Source: an uncultured Planctomycetota bacterium (GTDB taxonomy: Bacteria; Planctomycetota; PLA2; JAEUHO01). Taken from it: a DNA stretch of 64,000 bases. The notes beneath the pieces were generated by a model. It did no database searches, was not told the origin of the DNA, and worked only from the letters and a program-made list of their open reading frames with translations. The stretch is taken from the NCBI GenBank assembly GCA_963772585.1, contig CAVYXV010000009.1, positions 91,760 through 155,759 of the forward strand, in the 5' to 3' direction. The translations under genes were made by a program, and so were the position numbers. Below, in pieces: positions 38,282 to 48,241 of this stretch (within the stretch, counting starts at the first letter, position 1; the number at the start of each line of letters is the position of its first letter).

Positions 38282-39208
38282 ATGGATGCCGACGCTCCTG
38301 TCGTCCGAGCCCGGTCCCTCACCCGTCGCTACGGCCGACTGGTGGCGGTCGACGGCATCGACTTCGACGTCGCCAAGGGCGAGTGCGTAGGGTTCCTGGG
38401 TCCGAACGGGGCGGGCAAGACGACTACCGTGCGCATGGTCTCGGCCTTCACCCCGATCGATGAAGGATCGGTCACGGTGTTCGGACTCGATGTCGCCAGC
38501 CACCCGCGCGACGTCAAGCGCCGGTTGGGCGTGTGTCCTCAGGAGGACAACCTCGACCCCGACCTCCGCGTCGAGAGGAACCTCCTCGTGTTCGCACGAT
38601 ACTTCGACCTGCCACGCACCCAGGCCCGCGAGCGGTCGAGGGCGTTGTTGCGCATGATGCAACTCGAGGAGAAGCGCGACGCGCGCGTCTCCGACCTATC
38701 CGGCGGGATGAAGCGACGGCTGGTCCTGGCCCGTGCCCTTCTCAACGACCCGGCGCTTCTCCTTCTCGACGAGCCGACGACCGGCCTCGACCCGCAGGCC
38801 CGTCACATGATCTGGCAGCGTGTCCGGCATCTGAAGGAGGCGGGCACCACGATCGTCCTGACGACGCACTACATGGAAGAGGCTTCGACACTCTGCGACC
38901 GGGTCGTCCTCATGGACCGTGGGAAGATCCTCCTGGAGGGACGTCCCGTCGATTTGATCGCCAACGAGGTGGGCGCGGAGGTCATGGAGATCTGGAACCA
39001 CGACGCGGCGGTGCTGGCCTGGGTCCGCGAGCACGCCTGGCCGCACGAGACCCACGATGGACACCTCTACATCTACCTGCCCGCCAGCAGCGACGGCGGA
39101 AGGGAGTTCGGACACCGGTTTCCCCACCAGGAACGATCGCTTCGCCCGGCGTCGCTCGAGGACGTGTTCCTTCGCCGGGCGGGCCGGGCGCTGCGCGACG
39201 GGGGATGA
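38282..39208 (+). CDS. ABC-2 exporter ATP-binding protein (NodI-like)
   Basis: GPNGAGKTT, LSGGMKRR and LLDEPTTGLDPQARH motifs. Confidence 0.93.
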   Translation: MDADAPVVRARSLTRRYGRLVAVDGIDFDVAKGECVGFLGPNGAGKTTTVRMVSAFTPIDEGSVTVFGLDVASHPRDVKRRLGVCPQEDNLDPDLRVERNLLVFARYFDLPRTQARERSRALLRMMQLEEKRDARVSDLSGGMKRRLVLARALLNDPALLLLDEPTTGLDPQARHMIWQRVRHLKEAGTTIVLTTHYMEEASTLCDRVVLMDRGKILLEGRPVDLIANEVGAEVMEIWNHDAAVLAWVREHAWPHETHDGHLYIYLPASSDGGREFGHRFPHQERSLRPASLEDVFLRRAGRALRDGG

Positions 39209-39220
39209 CGCCGGAGGGCC

Positions 39221-40009
39221 ATGAAGGAAGCTCTGGCCAACGTCTCGAGCCTCGCCTGGAAGGTCTGGCATCGTGACTTCGACGTCTATCGGACCACGTG
39301 GAAGACGAACCTCCTTCCCCCGCTGCTGGAACCCATCTTCTACGTGCTTGCCTTCGGCCTTGGCCTCGGCTCCCTCATCGGCCAACTGACGTATCAAGGC
39401 CGTGAGATCGCCTACCTTCCGTTCATGGCGCCGGGCGTCGTCTCCGTCGCCATCATGTTCTGGGCCTACTTCGAGAACACCTACGCTTCGTACATCCGGA
39501 TGTACTACCAGAGGACGTTCGACGCGATGATCTCGACGCCGCTGCTCGTCGAGGACGTCATCGTGGGAGAAATCCTGTGGGGAGCCACGAAGAGCCTGTT
39601 GGCGGCCGGCCTGATGCTGATCGTGCTGTCGTGCTTCGGCCTGGTGGCGTGGCCAACGGGGCTGCTCGTCCTTCCGATCGCCGTCGTGGGCGGACTGCTC
39701 TTCGCTTCCCTCGGACTCCTCACCACCGCTCTCGTACCGAACATCGACTCCTTCAACCTCCCCATCTTCGTCGTGATCTTCCCGATGTTCATGTTCAGCG
39801 GCACGTTCTTTCCCGTGGACATCCTGCCTGGCTGGGCGTCCGCGATCGCATGGGCCCTGCCCCTCACCCACGTGTCGCTGCTCGTCCGCGCCTCGTTCCT
39901 CGGGTGGTTCCCGCCGAACTGGCCGTGGAGCATCCTCTATCTCGGCGCCGCGGCGGCGCTTGCCTTCGTCGTCGCGCTGATGCGAATGAAGCGGCGACTC
40001 GTGGATTGA
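39221..40009 (+). CDS. ABC-2 exporter permease (NodJ-like)
   Basis: LLEPIFY..AFGLGLG, YLPFMAPG and PMFMFSGTFFP motifs. Confidence 0.92.
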   Translation: MKEALANVSSLAWKVWHRDFDVYRTTWKTNLLPPLLEPIFYVLAFGLGLGSLIGQLTYQGREIAYLPFMAPGVVSVAIMFWAYFENTYASYIRMYYQRTFDAMISTPLLVEDVIVGEILWGATKSLLAAGLMLIVLSCFGLVAWPTGLLVLPIAVVGGLLFASLGLLTTALVPNIDSFNLPIFVVIFPMFMFSGTFFPVDILPGWASAIAWALPLTHVSLLVRASFLGWFPPNWPWSILYLGAAAALAFVVALMRMKRRLVD

Positions 40010-40021
40010 CCCGGAGGCCCC

Positions 40022-40543
40022 ATGGCCGAGCGCGAACTGTGGCTGCTGAGACACGCGAAGTCCTCCCACCGGGGGGACGCGCCGAGTGACTTCGACCGTC
40101 CCCTGGCCCGTCGGGGCCGCGAGGACGCCCCGCGCCTCGGTGCCTGGATGGTGGCCGAGGGACTCGTACCGGATCTCGTCGTGGCCTCCCCCGCGCGCCG
40201 GGTCCGCGAGACGATGGACGGGGTGGTGACGCCGTGGGGGGAGGGACGACTGGTCCGGCCCATCCGATGGGAGCCACGCGTCTACGGCGCTCGCGTGGAG
40301 GACCTCCTCGCTGTCCTTCGCGACCTGCCCGGAGAGGCCGTCCGGGTGCTGCTCGCGGGGCATAATCCCGGGCTCGAAGACCTGCTCGATCGACTGCTGG
40401 GGGCGTCGGCGCCCACCACGCGGAGCGGTAAGGAGGTGACCACTTGCGGGTTCTTTCGCCTCGTGGCGCCCGCGGCCACATGGGTCGAGTTCATAGGTCG
40501 GAAGACCCGGCTCGCCGCCTTCTGGCGGCCGCGGGACCGCTAA
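40022..40543 (+). CDS. sixA: Phosphohistidine phosphatase SixA family
   Basis: LLRHAKS, DFDRPL..RG, SPARR and GHNPGL motifs. Confidence 0.88.
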   Translation: MAERELWLLRHAKSSHRGDAPSDFDRPLARRGREDAPRLGAWMVAEGLVPDLVVASPARRVRETMDGVVTPWGEGRLVRPIRWEPRVYGARVEDLLAVLRDLPGEAVRVLLAGHNPGLEDLLDRLLGASAPTTRSGKEVTTCGFFRLVAPAATWVEFIGRKTRLAAFWRPRDR

Positions 40544-40648
40544 CCGTCGCCGTGCGCCTGCGCTCGGGGTCGACTCCCTGCCGCCGCCCAGCTCCCGGGA
40601 GCAGTAGCCCCTGGCGGCGGCCCGGGGTTTGCGGATACGCTTCGCACT

Positions 40649-42184
40649 ATGGCCTATCCGCGCGCGCGCCCGCTCGTCGTCCTTCTCGCGGTGGCTGTGG
40701 CGTCCGTCACGGCCTGTGGTGGAGGCGGAGGGACGTCGGCCACGACCACCTATCCCTCGTCCTTCCGGGCGGTTACCAGCATCCCCACGGACGGGGCCCA
40801 GGGCGTGGCCGTCGACTCGCCGGTCCAGGTGACCTTCAACAAGGCCATCGATCCCGCCTCCGTGACCGCAGACTCGCTCCGCGTCGGCGTCGTCGGTAGC
40901 GGAGAGATCCCCGGCAGCACGACGCTGGTCGAGGACGGCGCGGGCCGCACACTCGCATGGCTCGGGGAGACCCATCTCGCCCCCATCGCGACGCACGCCG
41001 TCCGGATCCAGGGCGGCCTGCGCGCCACCGACGGCGATCTCCTCATGGGCGGCACCGAACTGACCTTCCGCACGGGCGCAGGGATGCCCCCGGTTCCCCT
41101 GCCGGGGGCGGACCAACTGCGGAGCGCCGGCGGCACGCTCAACATCGGTCGGCGCTCCCACACCGCCACGCTCCTCGCCGACGGAAGGGTGCTGATCGCG
41201 GGCGGCTTCGTCCAGAGCACCGCCATCACCGACCGTGCCGAGATGTTCTACCCGGGCAGCGAGACCTTCAACCTCCTCACCCCGTCGATGCACCAGGAGC
41301 GCGCCGGACACACGGCCACGCGCCTCGCCGACGGTCGGGTGCTGCTGGCCGGTGGGTGGTACGAGACCTCGCCCGGCCAGCTGGCCTCGACCGCGCGTGC
41401 CGAGACGTTCGATCCCGTCACGGGCCTCTTCACGGAGGTCGGGGACATGAACGTCGAGCGCGTGGACCACGCCGCCGTTCGTCTTGCCGACGGGCGCGTG
41501 CTGCTCACCGGGGGGAGCCGCTACCAAGCCGGCTTCCTCGAGGATCTCGACACCGCCGAAATCTTCGATCCGAACACGAACACGTTCACGCTCCTCCCCG
41601 CGCACATGGCCCACACCCACGCGACCCACGTGATGGCGGACCTAGGCACCGGCAAGATCGGCATCGTCGGGGGGAGCGACATCGACCTCCGCCCCGAGTA
41701 CTTCGACGTGTCCAGCGGGCAATTCGTCGCGTTGCTTCCCGCCGCGGACGACGCCGTGCGTTTCGGCGCAATGGGAGCGTCCTTTGCCAGCGGGTCCCTC
41801 AGCGTCGCGGGCGGCGATACCCGCGGCACCGTCCTGTACCTCGACACCTCGACCACCACGCTGCGAAACAGCGGTAGCGGGCTGGCGAAGGCCCGCGCCT
41901 ACGGCACCGCGACGCGGATCGCGAACGACCGGATCCTCGTGGGGGGGGGGGTCGACGCCGGAGGCTACGCCAACGGCAGCTACATCATCCTCCACTCCCT
42001 CGATCTCGTGATCGAAGGAGGGGTGGGGGGCAGCCGCTCGTACGCGACCGAGTTGCTCTTCCCCACGCCGCTCGCCTTCCACACCGCGACACAACTCGGC
42101 GACGGGCGCGTGCTGTTCTGCGGCGGACTGAACGAGAACGGTGGCCAGCCGGAACTGAGTGTGGCCTTCATCTTCGAGCCCTAG
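40649..42184 (+). CDS. Lipoprotein with Ig-like (Big_5) domain and kelch-repeat propeller
   Basis: Lipobox VTAC-GGGGG; P.DGA.GV..D..V.VTFNKAID; repeated HTAT.LADGRVL.AGG. Confidence 0.88.
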   Translation: MAYPRARPLVVLLAVAVASVTACGGGGGTSATTTYPSSFRAVTSIPTDGAQGVAVDSPVQVTFNKAIDPASVTADSLRVGVVGSGEIPGSTTLVEDGAGRTLAWLGETHLAPIATHAVRIQGGLRATDGDLLMGGTELTFRTGAGMPPVPLPGADQLRSAGGTLNIGRRSHTATLLADGRVLIAGGFVQSTAITDRAEMFYPGSETFNLLTPSMHQERAGHTATRLADGRVLLAGGWYETSPGQLASTARAETFDPVTGLFTEVGDMNVERVDHAAVRLADGRVLLTGGSRYQAGFLEDLDTAEIFDPNTNTFTLLPAHMAHTHATHVMADLGTGKIGIVGGSDIDLRPEYFDVSSGQFVALLPAADDAVRFGAMGASFASGSLSVAGGDTRGTVLYLDTSTTTLRNSGSGLAKARAYGTATRIANDRILVGGGVDAGGYANGSYIILHSLDLVIEGGVGGSRSYATELLFPTPLAFHTATQLGDGRVLFCGGLNENGGQPELSVAFIFEP

Positions 42185-42260
42185 ACGGCATTGCCCGCGA
42201 AGCGCGCACGGGACAGCCGGACGTCACGGTCCACTCGGAGGCGACGCCGACAGTGGTCCC

Positions 42261-42494
42261 CGTTCCCCGCCAGCAGGGTGTCCTGGTGCGTCGCTCGGGT
42301 TCGAGGCCAAGACGCGAGGAGGAGGCGACCTCTTGGGGTCGCCGACGACGAGCAACGCCGGCATCGGACGCGAGAGGCCGACGACCGATTCGCCACACGG
42401 GATCCCTCTCGCCCGCCGGCCTCGCCTCCTTGGAGTCCTCCCGGCTCCGGACACGAGGGCCGCGCGATTCAACGTCCGTTCGTGGATAGTGCAG
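42261..42494 (+). repeat. Copy B of the ~240 bp palindromic intergenic repeat
   Basis: Matches the reverse complement of 9147-9389; central hairpin GGCGACC-TCTTGG-GGTCGCC. Confidence 0.9.
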
Positions 42495-42547
42495 CTAGCC
42501 GACGTGGGTGCGGCGGACGACCCGCCTCGCAAGGCGCATCGAGCGCC

Positions 42548-43126
42548 CTACGTGTGCTTCCTCCCGGCGTACCGGCGGGCGTTGACGAGCGCGATCGCCG
42601 CCATCCGCGCGAACACCCCGAGGCGGTGGAAGACCTCGGCCCGTAGCCGCTCCCGACCGAAGACGGCGAGCACGCCGAGCAACTCCTCGCCGGCCACGAG
42701 GGGGAACCCCGCGAAGCAGCGCAGGCGCTCTTGGCGGGCCCACTCCTTGTCCGCGACGCGCGGATCCTGGAGGACCGCGTTCGTCCAGTGCCCCTCGCGG
42801 CGATCACCGATCTCACCGATCTTGAGGTTGGCGAAGGGGACGCGCTGGTACGCGCCGTCCAAGCGGTCCGAGATCCCCGCGCTCCCGGCGAGGTGGAGGC
42901 AGGAGCTCCGGTCCGTGCATTGGGCGGCCATCGCGCACTCGTGGCACAGGTCGCCGGGACCGACCAGCCAGATCCGGGCGAACGCGGCGCCGAAGTCGTC
43001 CACGAGCCCGCGGACCGCTTCGTCGATGACGCGGTCGCGGTCGAGCATCGACACCACGCGCAGGCTCAGTCGTTCCAGCGGGTCGAGCGCGGCCTCGGTT
43101 CCGGCACCTTCGGAGATGGGCATCAA
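42548..43126 (-). CDS. Stand-alone GAF domain protein with a four-Cys motif
   Basis: ARIWLVGPGDLCHECAMAAQCTDRSSCLHL and FAGFPL...ELLGVLAVF; ends just after NARRY. Confidence 0.8.
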   Translation of the reverse strand: MMPISEGAGTEAALDPLERLSLRVVSMLDRDRVIDEAVRGLVDDFGAAFARIWLVGPGDLCHECAMAAQCTDRSSCLHLAGSAGISDRLDGAYQRVPFANLKIGEIGDRREGHWTNAVLQDPRVADKEWARQERLRCFAGFPLVAGEELLGVLAVFGRERLRAEVFHRLGVFARMAAIALVNARRYAGRKHT

Positions 43127-43226
43127 GGTCCTCCCCGTGCATCCGCCCCGAGGCTAGCCGGGGCGGGCCCGCAGGCAAGCGCGGCCCCGGTCCTGGTGCG
43201 GAGCGGCCCGGGGCCCCCGCGCGGGA

Positions 43227-44630
43227 TCAGCCATTCAGGATGTGGATCGCCTGGTTGTGGACGGCTTCCGCGGCCTCCATCATCGACTCCGGCCACGTCG
43301 GATGCGCGTGCACCGTCAGGGCGATGTCCTCGCTCGTCGCGCCCATCTCGATCGCGAGCGCGGCCTCCGCGATCAGGTCCGAGGCCTGGTAGCCGACGGC
43401 CGAGACCCCGAGCACCTCGTCCGTCGAGGCGTCCGCGATCATCTTGACGAAGCCCTCGGGCGCGTTCACCGAGAGGGCGCGCCCCAGAGCGGTCATGGGG
43501 AACTTGCCGACCTTGACGTCCAGACCCTTCTCGCGGGCCTGGTGCTCCTGGATGCCCACCGTCGCGACCTCCGGGTGCGTGTAGACGGCATTCGGCATGG
43601 CCCGCACGTCGTAGGCGCTGGGTCGGCCCGCGGCGTGCTCGGCGGCGACGATCCCCTCGCGGCTCGCCTTGTGCGCGAGCCACGGGAGCCCCGCCACGTC
43701 GCCGATGGCGTAGATGTGCGGGACGTTCGTCTGCCGGTGCTCGTTCACCCGGAAGTGCCCCGCCTCGTCGATCGCGAGACCGGCCTTCTCCGCGCCCACG
43801 CGATCCGAGTTCGGCTTGAACCCCACAGCCACGAGGATCACCTCGGAGGGGATCTCCAGTTCCTTGTCACCGGTCTTCGCCTGCAGGACCTGCTTGCCGT
43901 CCTTGGTCGCGACACCGGTGGCGAACGTCTCCAGGTGGACCTTCGCCTTCTTCTTCTTGAACTCGCGTTCCAGGACCTTGACGATCTCCGGATCGGTGCC
44001 CGGGAGGAGTTGATCCGTCAGCTCGACGACCGTGAGCCGGGAGCCCAGACGCATGAACACGCTGCCGAGCTCCAAGCCGATCACCCCGCCACCCACGACG
44101 GTGAAGGTTTCCGGAACCCAGTCGATGTCGAGCGCACCCCGGTAGTCCACGATCCGGTCGCCGATCGGCAGGAACGGCAGGTTGGCCGCGCGGGCGCCCG
44201 TGGCGACGATGCACTTCTCGAATCGGATCTCCTTGGTCTCCCCGTCCGCCCCCTCCACGCGAACCGCGTTCGGTCCGGTGAACTCGGCGTGGCCCCGGAC
44301 GACCGTCGCTCCATTCTTGTCCAGGAGGAACCCCACGCCCGTGGTGAGGCGCTTGACGATTCCCTCCTTCCACGCCTGCAGCTTCTTTCCGTCGATGCCA
44401 ACGTCCTTCGCGACGATCCCCATGACGTCGCCGTGGCGGATCTTCTCCACTAGCCCTGACGCGTAGATCAGGCTCTTGGAAGGGATGCAGCCGACGTTGA
44501 GGCAGACGCCGCCGATGCGGTCCTCCTCGATGACGGCGACCTTCAGGCCGAGCTGGGCCGCCCGGATCCCGGCGACGTAGCCCCCCGGGCCGGACCCGAT
44601 GACGACGAGCTGATACGACTCGCTGGCCAT
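43227..44630 (-). CDS. lpdA: Dihydrolipoamide dehydrogenase (E3)
   Basis: IGSGPGGY, GGVCLNVGCIPSK, GGGVIGLE and HAHPT..E motifs. Confidence 0.97.
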   Translation of the reverse strand: MASESYQLVVIGSGPGGYVAGIRAAQLGLKVAVIEEDRIGGVCLNVGCIPSKSLIYASGLVEKIRHGDVMGIVAKDVGIDGKKLQAWKEGIVKRLTTGVGFLLDKNGATVVRGHAEFTGPNAVRVEGADGETKEIRFEKCIVATGARAANLPFLPIGDRIVDYRGALDIDWVPETFTVVGGGVIGLELGSVFMRLGSRLTVVELTDQLLPGTDPEIVKVLEREFKKKKAKVHLETFATGVATKDGKQVLQAKTGDKELEIPSEVILVAVGFKPNSDRVGAEKAGLAIDEAGHFRVNEHRQTNVPHIYAIGDVAGLPWLAHKASREGIVAAEHAAGRPSAYDVRAMPNAVYTHPEVATVGIQEHQAREKGLDVKVGKFPMTALGRALSVNAPEGFVKMIADASTDEVLGVSAVGYQASDLIAEAALAIEMGATSEDIALTVHAHPTWPESMMEAAEAVHNQAIHILNG

Positions 44631-44664
44631 GCGTTCTCCTGTTGCGGGGCCTCGTCGAAGCGGC

Positions 44665-45810
44665 CTACACCGCTTCCCCCCGGAGCAGGCGGTCCCGCTG
44701 GTCTTCCAACTCCGGGGGCATTGTCGCGTACACGTCCTCGAACAGACTCTCCGTGGGGACGGCGGGCGCGCGCTCGACGGCGGCGATCGCCTCGCTGATC
44801 CGCCGCCCCGCGTCGGCGAGGAAGGCCTCTTCGCGATCCTCGTCCCACAGACCCGCGCGGCGGCACCACTGGAGGTGGCGCTGGAGCGGATCCCGGTCCT
44901 CCCAGACCTTGGCCTCGCTCTCGTCGCGATACCTCGACGGATCGTCCGACGAGGAGTGGCCGCCCAGCCGGTAGGTGAGGCACTCGACGAACGTAGGGCC
45001 ATCGCCGCGGCGCGCGCGATCCACCGCCGCGCGAGTGGCGACATAGCACGCCAGGACGTCGTTGCCGTCCACGCGGATCCCCGGCACGCCGTAGGCGCGG
45101 GCCTTCACGGCGAACGTCTCGCTCGCCGTCTGCCGCGACGACGGCACCGAGATCGCCCACTGGTTGTTCTGGCAGACGAACACCACGGGAGCCTTCCACA
45201 CCCCCGCGAAATTCAGCCCGGCGTGGAAGTCGTTCCCCGAGGTCGCGCCGTCGCCGAGCCATGCGCCGACCACCACGCCCTCGTCGCCTCGGATCTGCGC
45301 CGCACGCGCCGCCCCCGCGGCGTGCGTGATCTGCGTGCCTATGGGGGAGGACAGCGAGACGTAGCGGGCCTCGCGATCGGAGTAGTGGCAGGGCATCTGG
45401 CGACCCCGGCAGACGTCCGCCTCGTTGCCGAAACACTGCCCCACGTACCGCTCGAGCGCCATGCCGCGCCAGAGGGCGATCGCCCCCTCGCGCAACGCCG
45501 GGAAGAGCCAGTCCCCGGGCTCGAAGGCCGCGCCGGAGCCCAACGTGGCGCCCTCCTGCCCCTTGGCGGTTCCGTAGAAGCCGATCCGCCCCTGGCGCTG
45601 GAGGTTCAGCATGCGCTGGTCGAGCGCCCGCTGGAACAGCATCGCTTCCAGGAGACGCTCCGCCAGGCCCTCGGGGAGCGGGGGTACGGGCGCGAGCGCC
45701 TCGCCGTCCTCGCCGACCAGCCGGAACAGTCCGGTCGGCCCCATCCCGTACGGGTCGGGTGCCCCCTCCGAAGGCTTCCTCTTCCGGGGCGTCGCCCGAG
45801 CCTTGGCCAT
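44665..45810 (-). CDS. 2-oxoacid dehydrogenase E1 alpha subunit (second copy)
   Basis: [24 protein letters not shown]...NNQWAIS and RLGGHSSSDDP motifs. Confidence 0.93.
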   Translation of the reverse strand: MAKARATPRKRKPSEGAPDPYGMGPTGLFRLVGEDGEALAPVPPLPEGLAERLLEAMLFQRALDQRMLNLQRQGRIGFYGTAKGQEGATLGSGAAFEPGDWLFPALREGAIALWRGMALERYVGQCFGNEADVCRGRQMPCHYSDREARYVSLSSPIGTQITHAAGAARAAQIRGDEGVVVGAWLGDGATSGNDFHAGLNFAGVWKAPVVFVCQNNQWAISVPSSRQTASETFAVKARAYGVPGIRVDGNDVLACYVATRAAVDRARRGDGPTFVECLTYRLGGHSSSDDPSRYRDESEAKVWEDRDPLQRHLQWCRRAGLWDEDREEAFLADAGRRISEAIAAVERAPAVPTESLFEDVYATMPPELEDQRDRLLRGEAV

Positions 45811-45813
45811 CGG

Positions 45814-47220
45814 CTAGGCGTCCTCGAGAAGCATGAGCCCCGGCGACTCCAACAGGCGGATGACGTCGTTCAGGAAGCGTGCGGCCGTGGCGCCGTCGAC
45901 GATCCGGTGATCGAGCGTGATGGTGAGGTTCGTCATCTTGCGGATCACGATCTCGCCGTCCCGGACGACGGGCTTCTCCTTCACCCGGTAGACGCCCAGG
46001 ATCGCCACCTCCGGGTAGTTCAGGATCGGCGTCGCCAGGATGCCGCCGATCGACCCCGCGCTCGTGATGGTGATCGTGCTTCCCTTGAGGTCCTCCAACT
46101 CGATCTTCCGCGCCCGCGCCAGGGCCGTGAGACTCTCGAGCTCCGCCGCGATGTCGAGGAGGGAACGCCGGTCGGCGTGCTTGATGACCGGCACCATCAG
46201 TCCGGCTTCGGTGTCCGTCGCGATCCCGATGTTGTACTCCTTGCGGAGCACGTACTCCTTGGCGTCGTCGTCCACCAGGGCGTTCACGATCGGGTGGCGC
46301 TTCAGCGCGCTCACCAGCGCCTTGATGATGAACGGCAGGTAGGTGAGACGGATGCCCCGCTCCTCCGCCAACGGCTTGGCCTTCTCGCGTAGGGCGGCGA
46401 CCTCCGTCATGTCGCACTCGTCCGCGTAGGTGAAGTGCGGCGCATGCTGCTTCGACCGCACCATCTGATCCGCGATCTTCGCGCGCATGCCGCGAAGCGG
46501 GATGCGCTCGTCGCGGGCGGTCGCGCCGGCGGCGGGGGCGGGCGGTCGCACGGGCATGCGGCCTTCCGCGCCGGCTTGGGCTCCCGGCGCAGGGACGGCG
46601 CCCCCGGCCGGCGCCGGTGCCGCCGCGGGGCGCCGGGCGAAGCGCTCCACGTCCTCGCGCGTCACGCGATCGTTCGGCCCGCTCGCCGGTACCGCGTCGA
46701 GATCGACGCCCAACTCGCGGGCTAGCTTCCGAGTCGCCGGCGCCGCGAGCGTCCGCTCCCGGAGCTTCTCCCCGCCGGCGGGGCGGCGCGGCTCGCGTTC
46801 GCGCGGCGCGGCCGGGGGTGCGCCGGCGCGGCGCGGGGGCGGCGGCGCGGGCCGGCCCGCAGCCTCGGGCTCGCGCGCGGGCGCCTCCCTGGCCGGCGCC
46901 TTCTCTTCCCGGGGCTCGGCCTCGGCAGGCGGCTCCTCGGTCGCCCCCTTCGGGGGGGCCGCCGTGGCGCCACCTCCCTCGGAGCCGTCGTCGATCACCA
47001 CCATCACGTCGCCGACGGGGATCGTCGCCCCCTCCTTCGCCCGGATCTCGGCGATGCGCCCCGCCTTCGGCGCGGTGATCTCCACCGTCGCCTTGTCCGT
47101 CATCACCTCCACCATCGGCTGGTCGTCCTCGACGATGTCGCCCTCCTTGACGAGCCACTTGACGACCTCGCCTTCGGTGAGGCCTTCGCCGATGTCGGGG
47201 AGCTTGAACTCGAATGCCAT
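45814..47220 (-). CDS. Dihydrolipoamide acyltransferase (E2), one lipoyl domain
   Basis: EVMTDKAT lipoyl site; E3-binding A.PA.RKLARE; catalytic DHRIVDG. Confidence 0.95.
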   Translation of the reverse strand: MAFEFKLPDIGEGLTEGEVVKWLVKEGDIVEDDQPMVEVMTDKATVEITAPKAGRIAEIRAKEGATIPVGDVMVVIDDGSEGGGATAAPPKGATEEPPAEAEPREEKAPAREAPAREPEAAGRPAPPPPRRAGAPPAAPREREPRRPAGGEKLRERTLAAPATRKLARELGVDLDAVPASGPNDRVTREDVERFARRPAAAPAPAGGAVPAPGAQAGAEGRMPVRPPAPAAGATARDERIPLRGMRAKIADQMVRSKQHAPHFTYADECDMTEVAALREKAKPLAEERGIRLTYLPFIIKALVSALKRHPIVNALVDDDAKEYVLRKEYNIGIATDTEAGLMVPVIKHADRRSLLDIAAELESLTALARARKIELEDLKGSTITITSAGSIGGILATPILNYPEVAILGVYRVKEKPVVRDGEIVIRKMTNLTITLDHRIVDGATAARFLNDVIRLLESPGLMLLEDA

Positions 47221-47232
47221 GGTTCCCTCCCG

Positions 47233-48210
47233 CTACGCCCAGCGCGCCACGTACTCGATCGCGTTGAGGACCCGCTTCTTGTCCGGCTTGTAGACGTGCT
47301 CCAGGGCATAGGGGAACGGCGTGTCGAACCCCGCCACCCGGCCGATGGGCGCTTCGATGTGGTCGATCGCCTTCTCGGCGATCGTCGCGGCGATCTCCGA
47401 GCCGAACCCCCCGGTTCGCGGCGCTTCCTGTACGGTCACCACCCGCCCCGTCTTCCGCACGCTCTGAAGGACGGCGTCGACGTCCCAGGGGTAGATCGTG
47501 CGCAGATCGATGATCTCCGCCTGGATGTCCTTTTCCTCGGCGGCGCGGGCGGCGTCCTCGCAGATCGGCACCATCGCGCCCCACGTCACGACCGTGAGAT
47601 CGCGGCCTTCCCGGACGAGCCGGGCCTTGTCCAACTCGACCGTGAACCGGCCTTCCTCGACCTCCTCCTTCATGTGCCGGTAGAGGGCCTTCGGCTCCAG
47701 GAAGACGACGGGATCCTCGGAGAAGATCGAGGCGAGCAACAGCCCCTTGGCGTCCCGCGGGGTGCTCGGCATGACCACCCGCAGGCCCGCCGTGTGGGCG
47801 AAATACGCCTCGGAGGACTGCGAGTGGTAGTGCCCCCCGCGGATGCCGCCCCCGGAAGGGGAGCGGATCGTCACGGGCGCCGTCCACTGTCCGCCCGAGC
47901 GGTAGCGCATCTTGGCCGCCTCCGACACGATCTGGTCGAAGCCGGGGTAGATGAAGTCCAGGAACTGGATCTCGGGCACGGCCTTCAGGCCGTAGAGCGC
48001 CATGCCGATGGCCGTGCCCAGGATTCCGCACTCGCTGAGCGGCGTGTCCATGACGCGCCGGTCGCCGTACTTGTCGAACAGCCCGGCGGTGGCGCCAAAT
48101 ACGCCGCCCTTCTTGCCCACGTCCTCGCCGAGGACCACGACGTCGTCGTCCTCCGCCATGGCGACGTGGAGCGCGTCGTTGATCGCCTGGATCATGGTCA
48201 TCTTCGGCAT
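47233..48210 (-). CDS. 2-oxoacid dehydrogenase E1 beta subunit
   Basis: GEDVG..GGVF, DTPLSE, EIQFLDF and GGHYHSQS motifs. Confidence 0.95.
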   Translation of the reverse strand: MPKMTMIQAINDALHVAMAEDDDVVVLGEDVGKKGGVFGATAGLFDKYGDRRVMDTPLSECGILGTAIGMALYGLKAVPEIQFLDFIYPGFDQIVSEAAKMRYRSGGQWTAPVTIRSPSGGGIRGGHYHSQSSEAYFAHTAGLRVVMPSTPRDAKGLLLASIFSEDPVVFLEPKALYRHMKEEVEEGRFTVELDKARLVREGRDLTVVTWGAMVPICEDAARAAEEKDIQAEIIDLRTIYPWDVDAVLQSVRKTGRVVTVQEAPRTGGFGSEIAATIAEKAIDHIEAPIGRVAGFDTPFPYALEHVYKPDKKRVLNAIEYVARWA

Positions 48211-48241
48211 CGTTCGATGTCCTCCCCGACGCTCGCGCCCG

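Noticed and set aside
38282-40009. Nod-factor export or nodulation genes
   Set aside because: NodIJ-like ABC-2 exporters are widespread, and no nodABC genes are present
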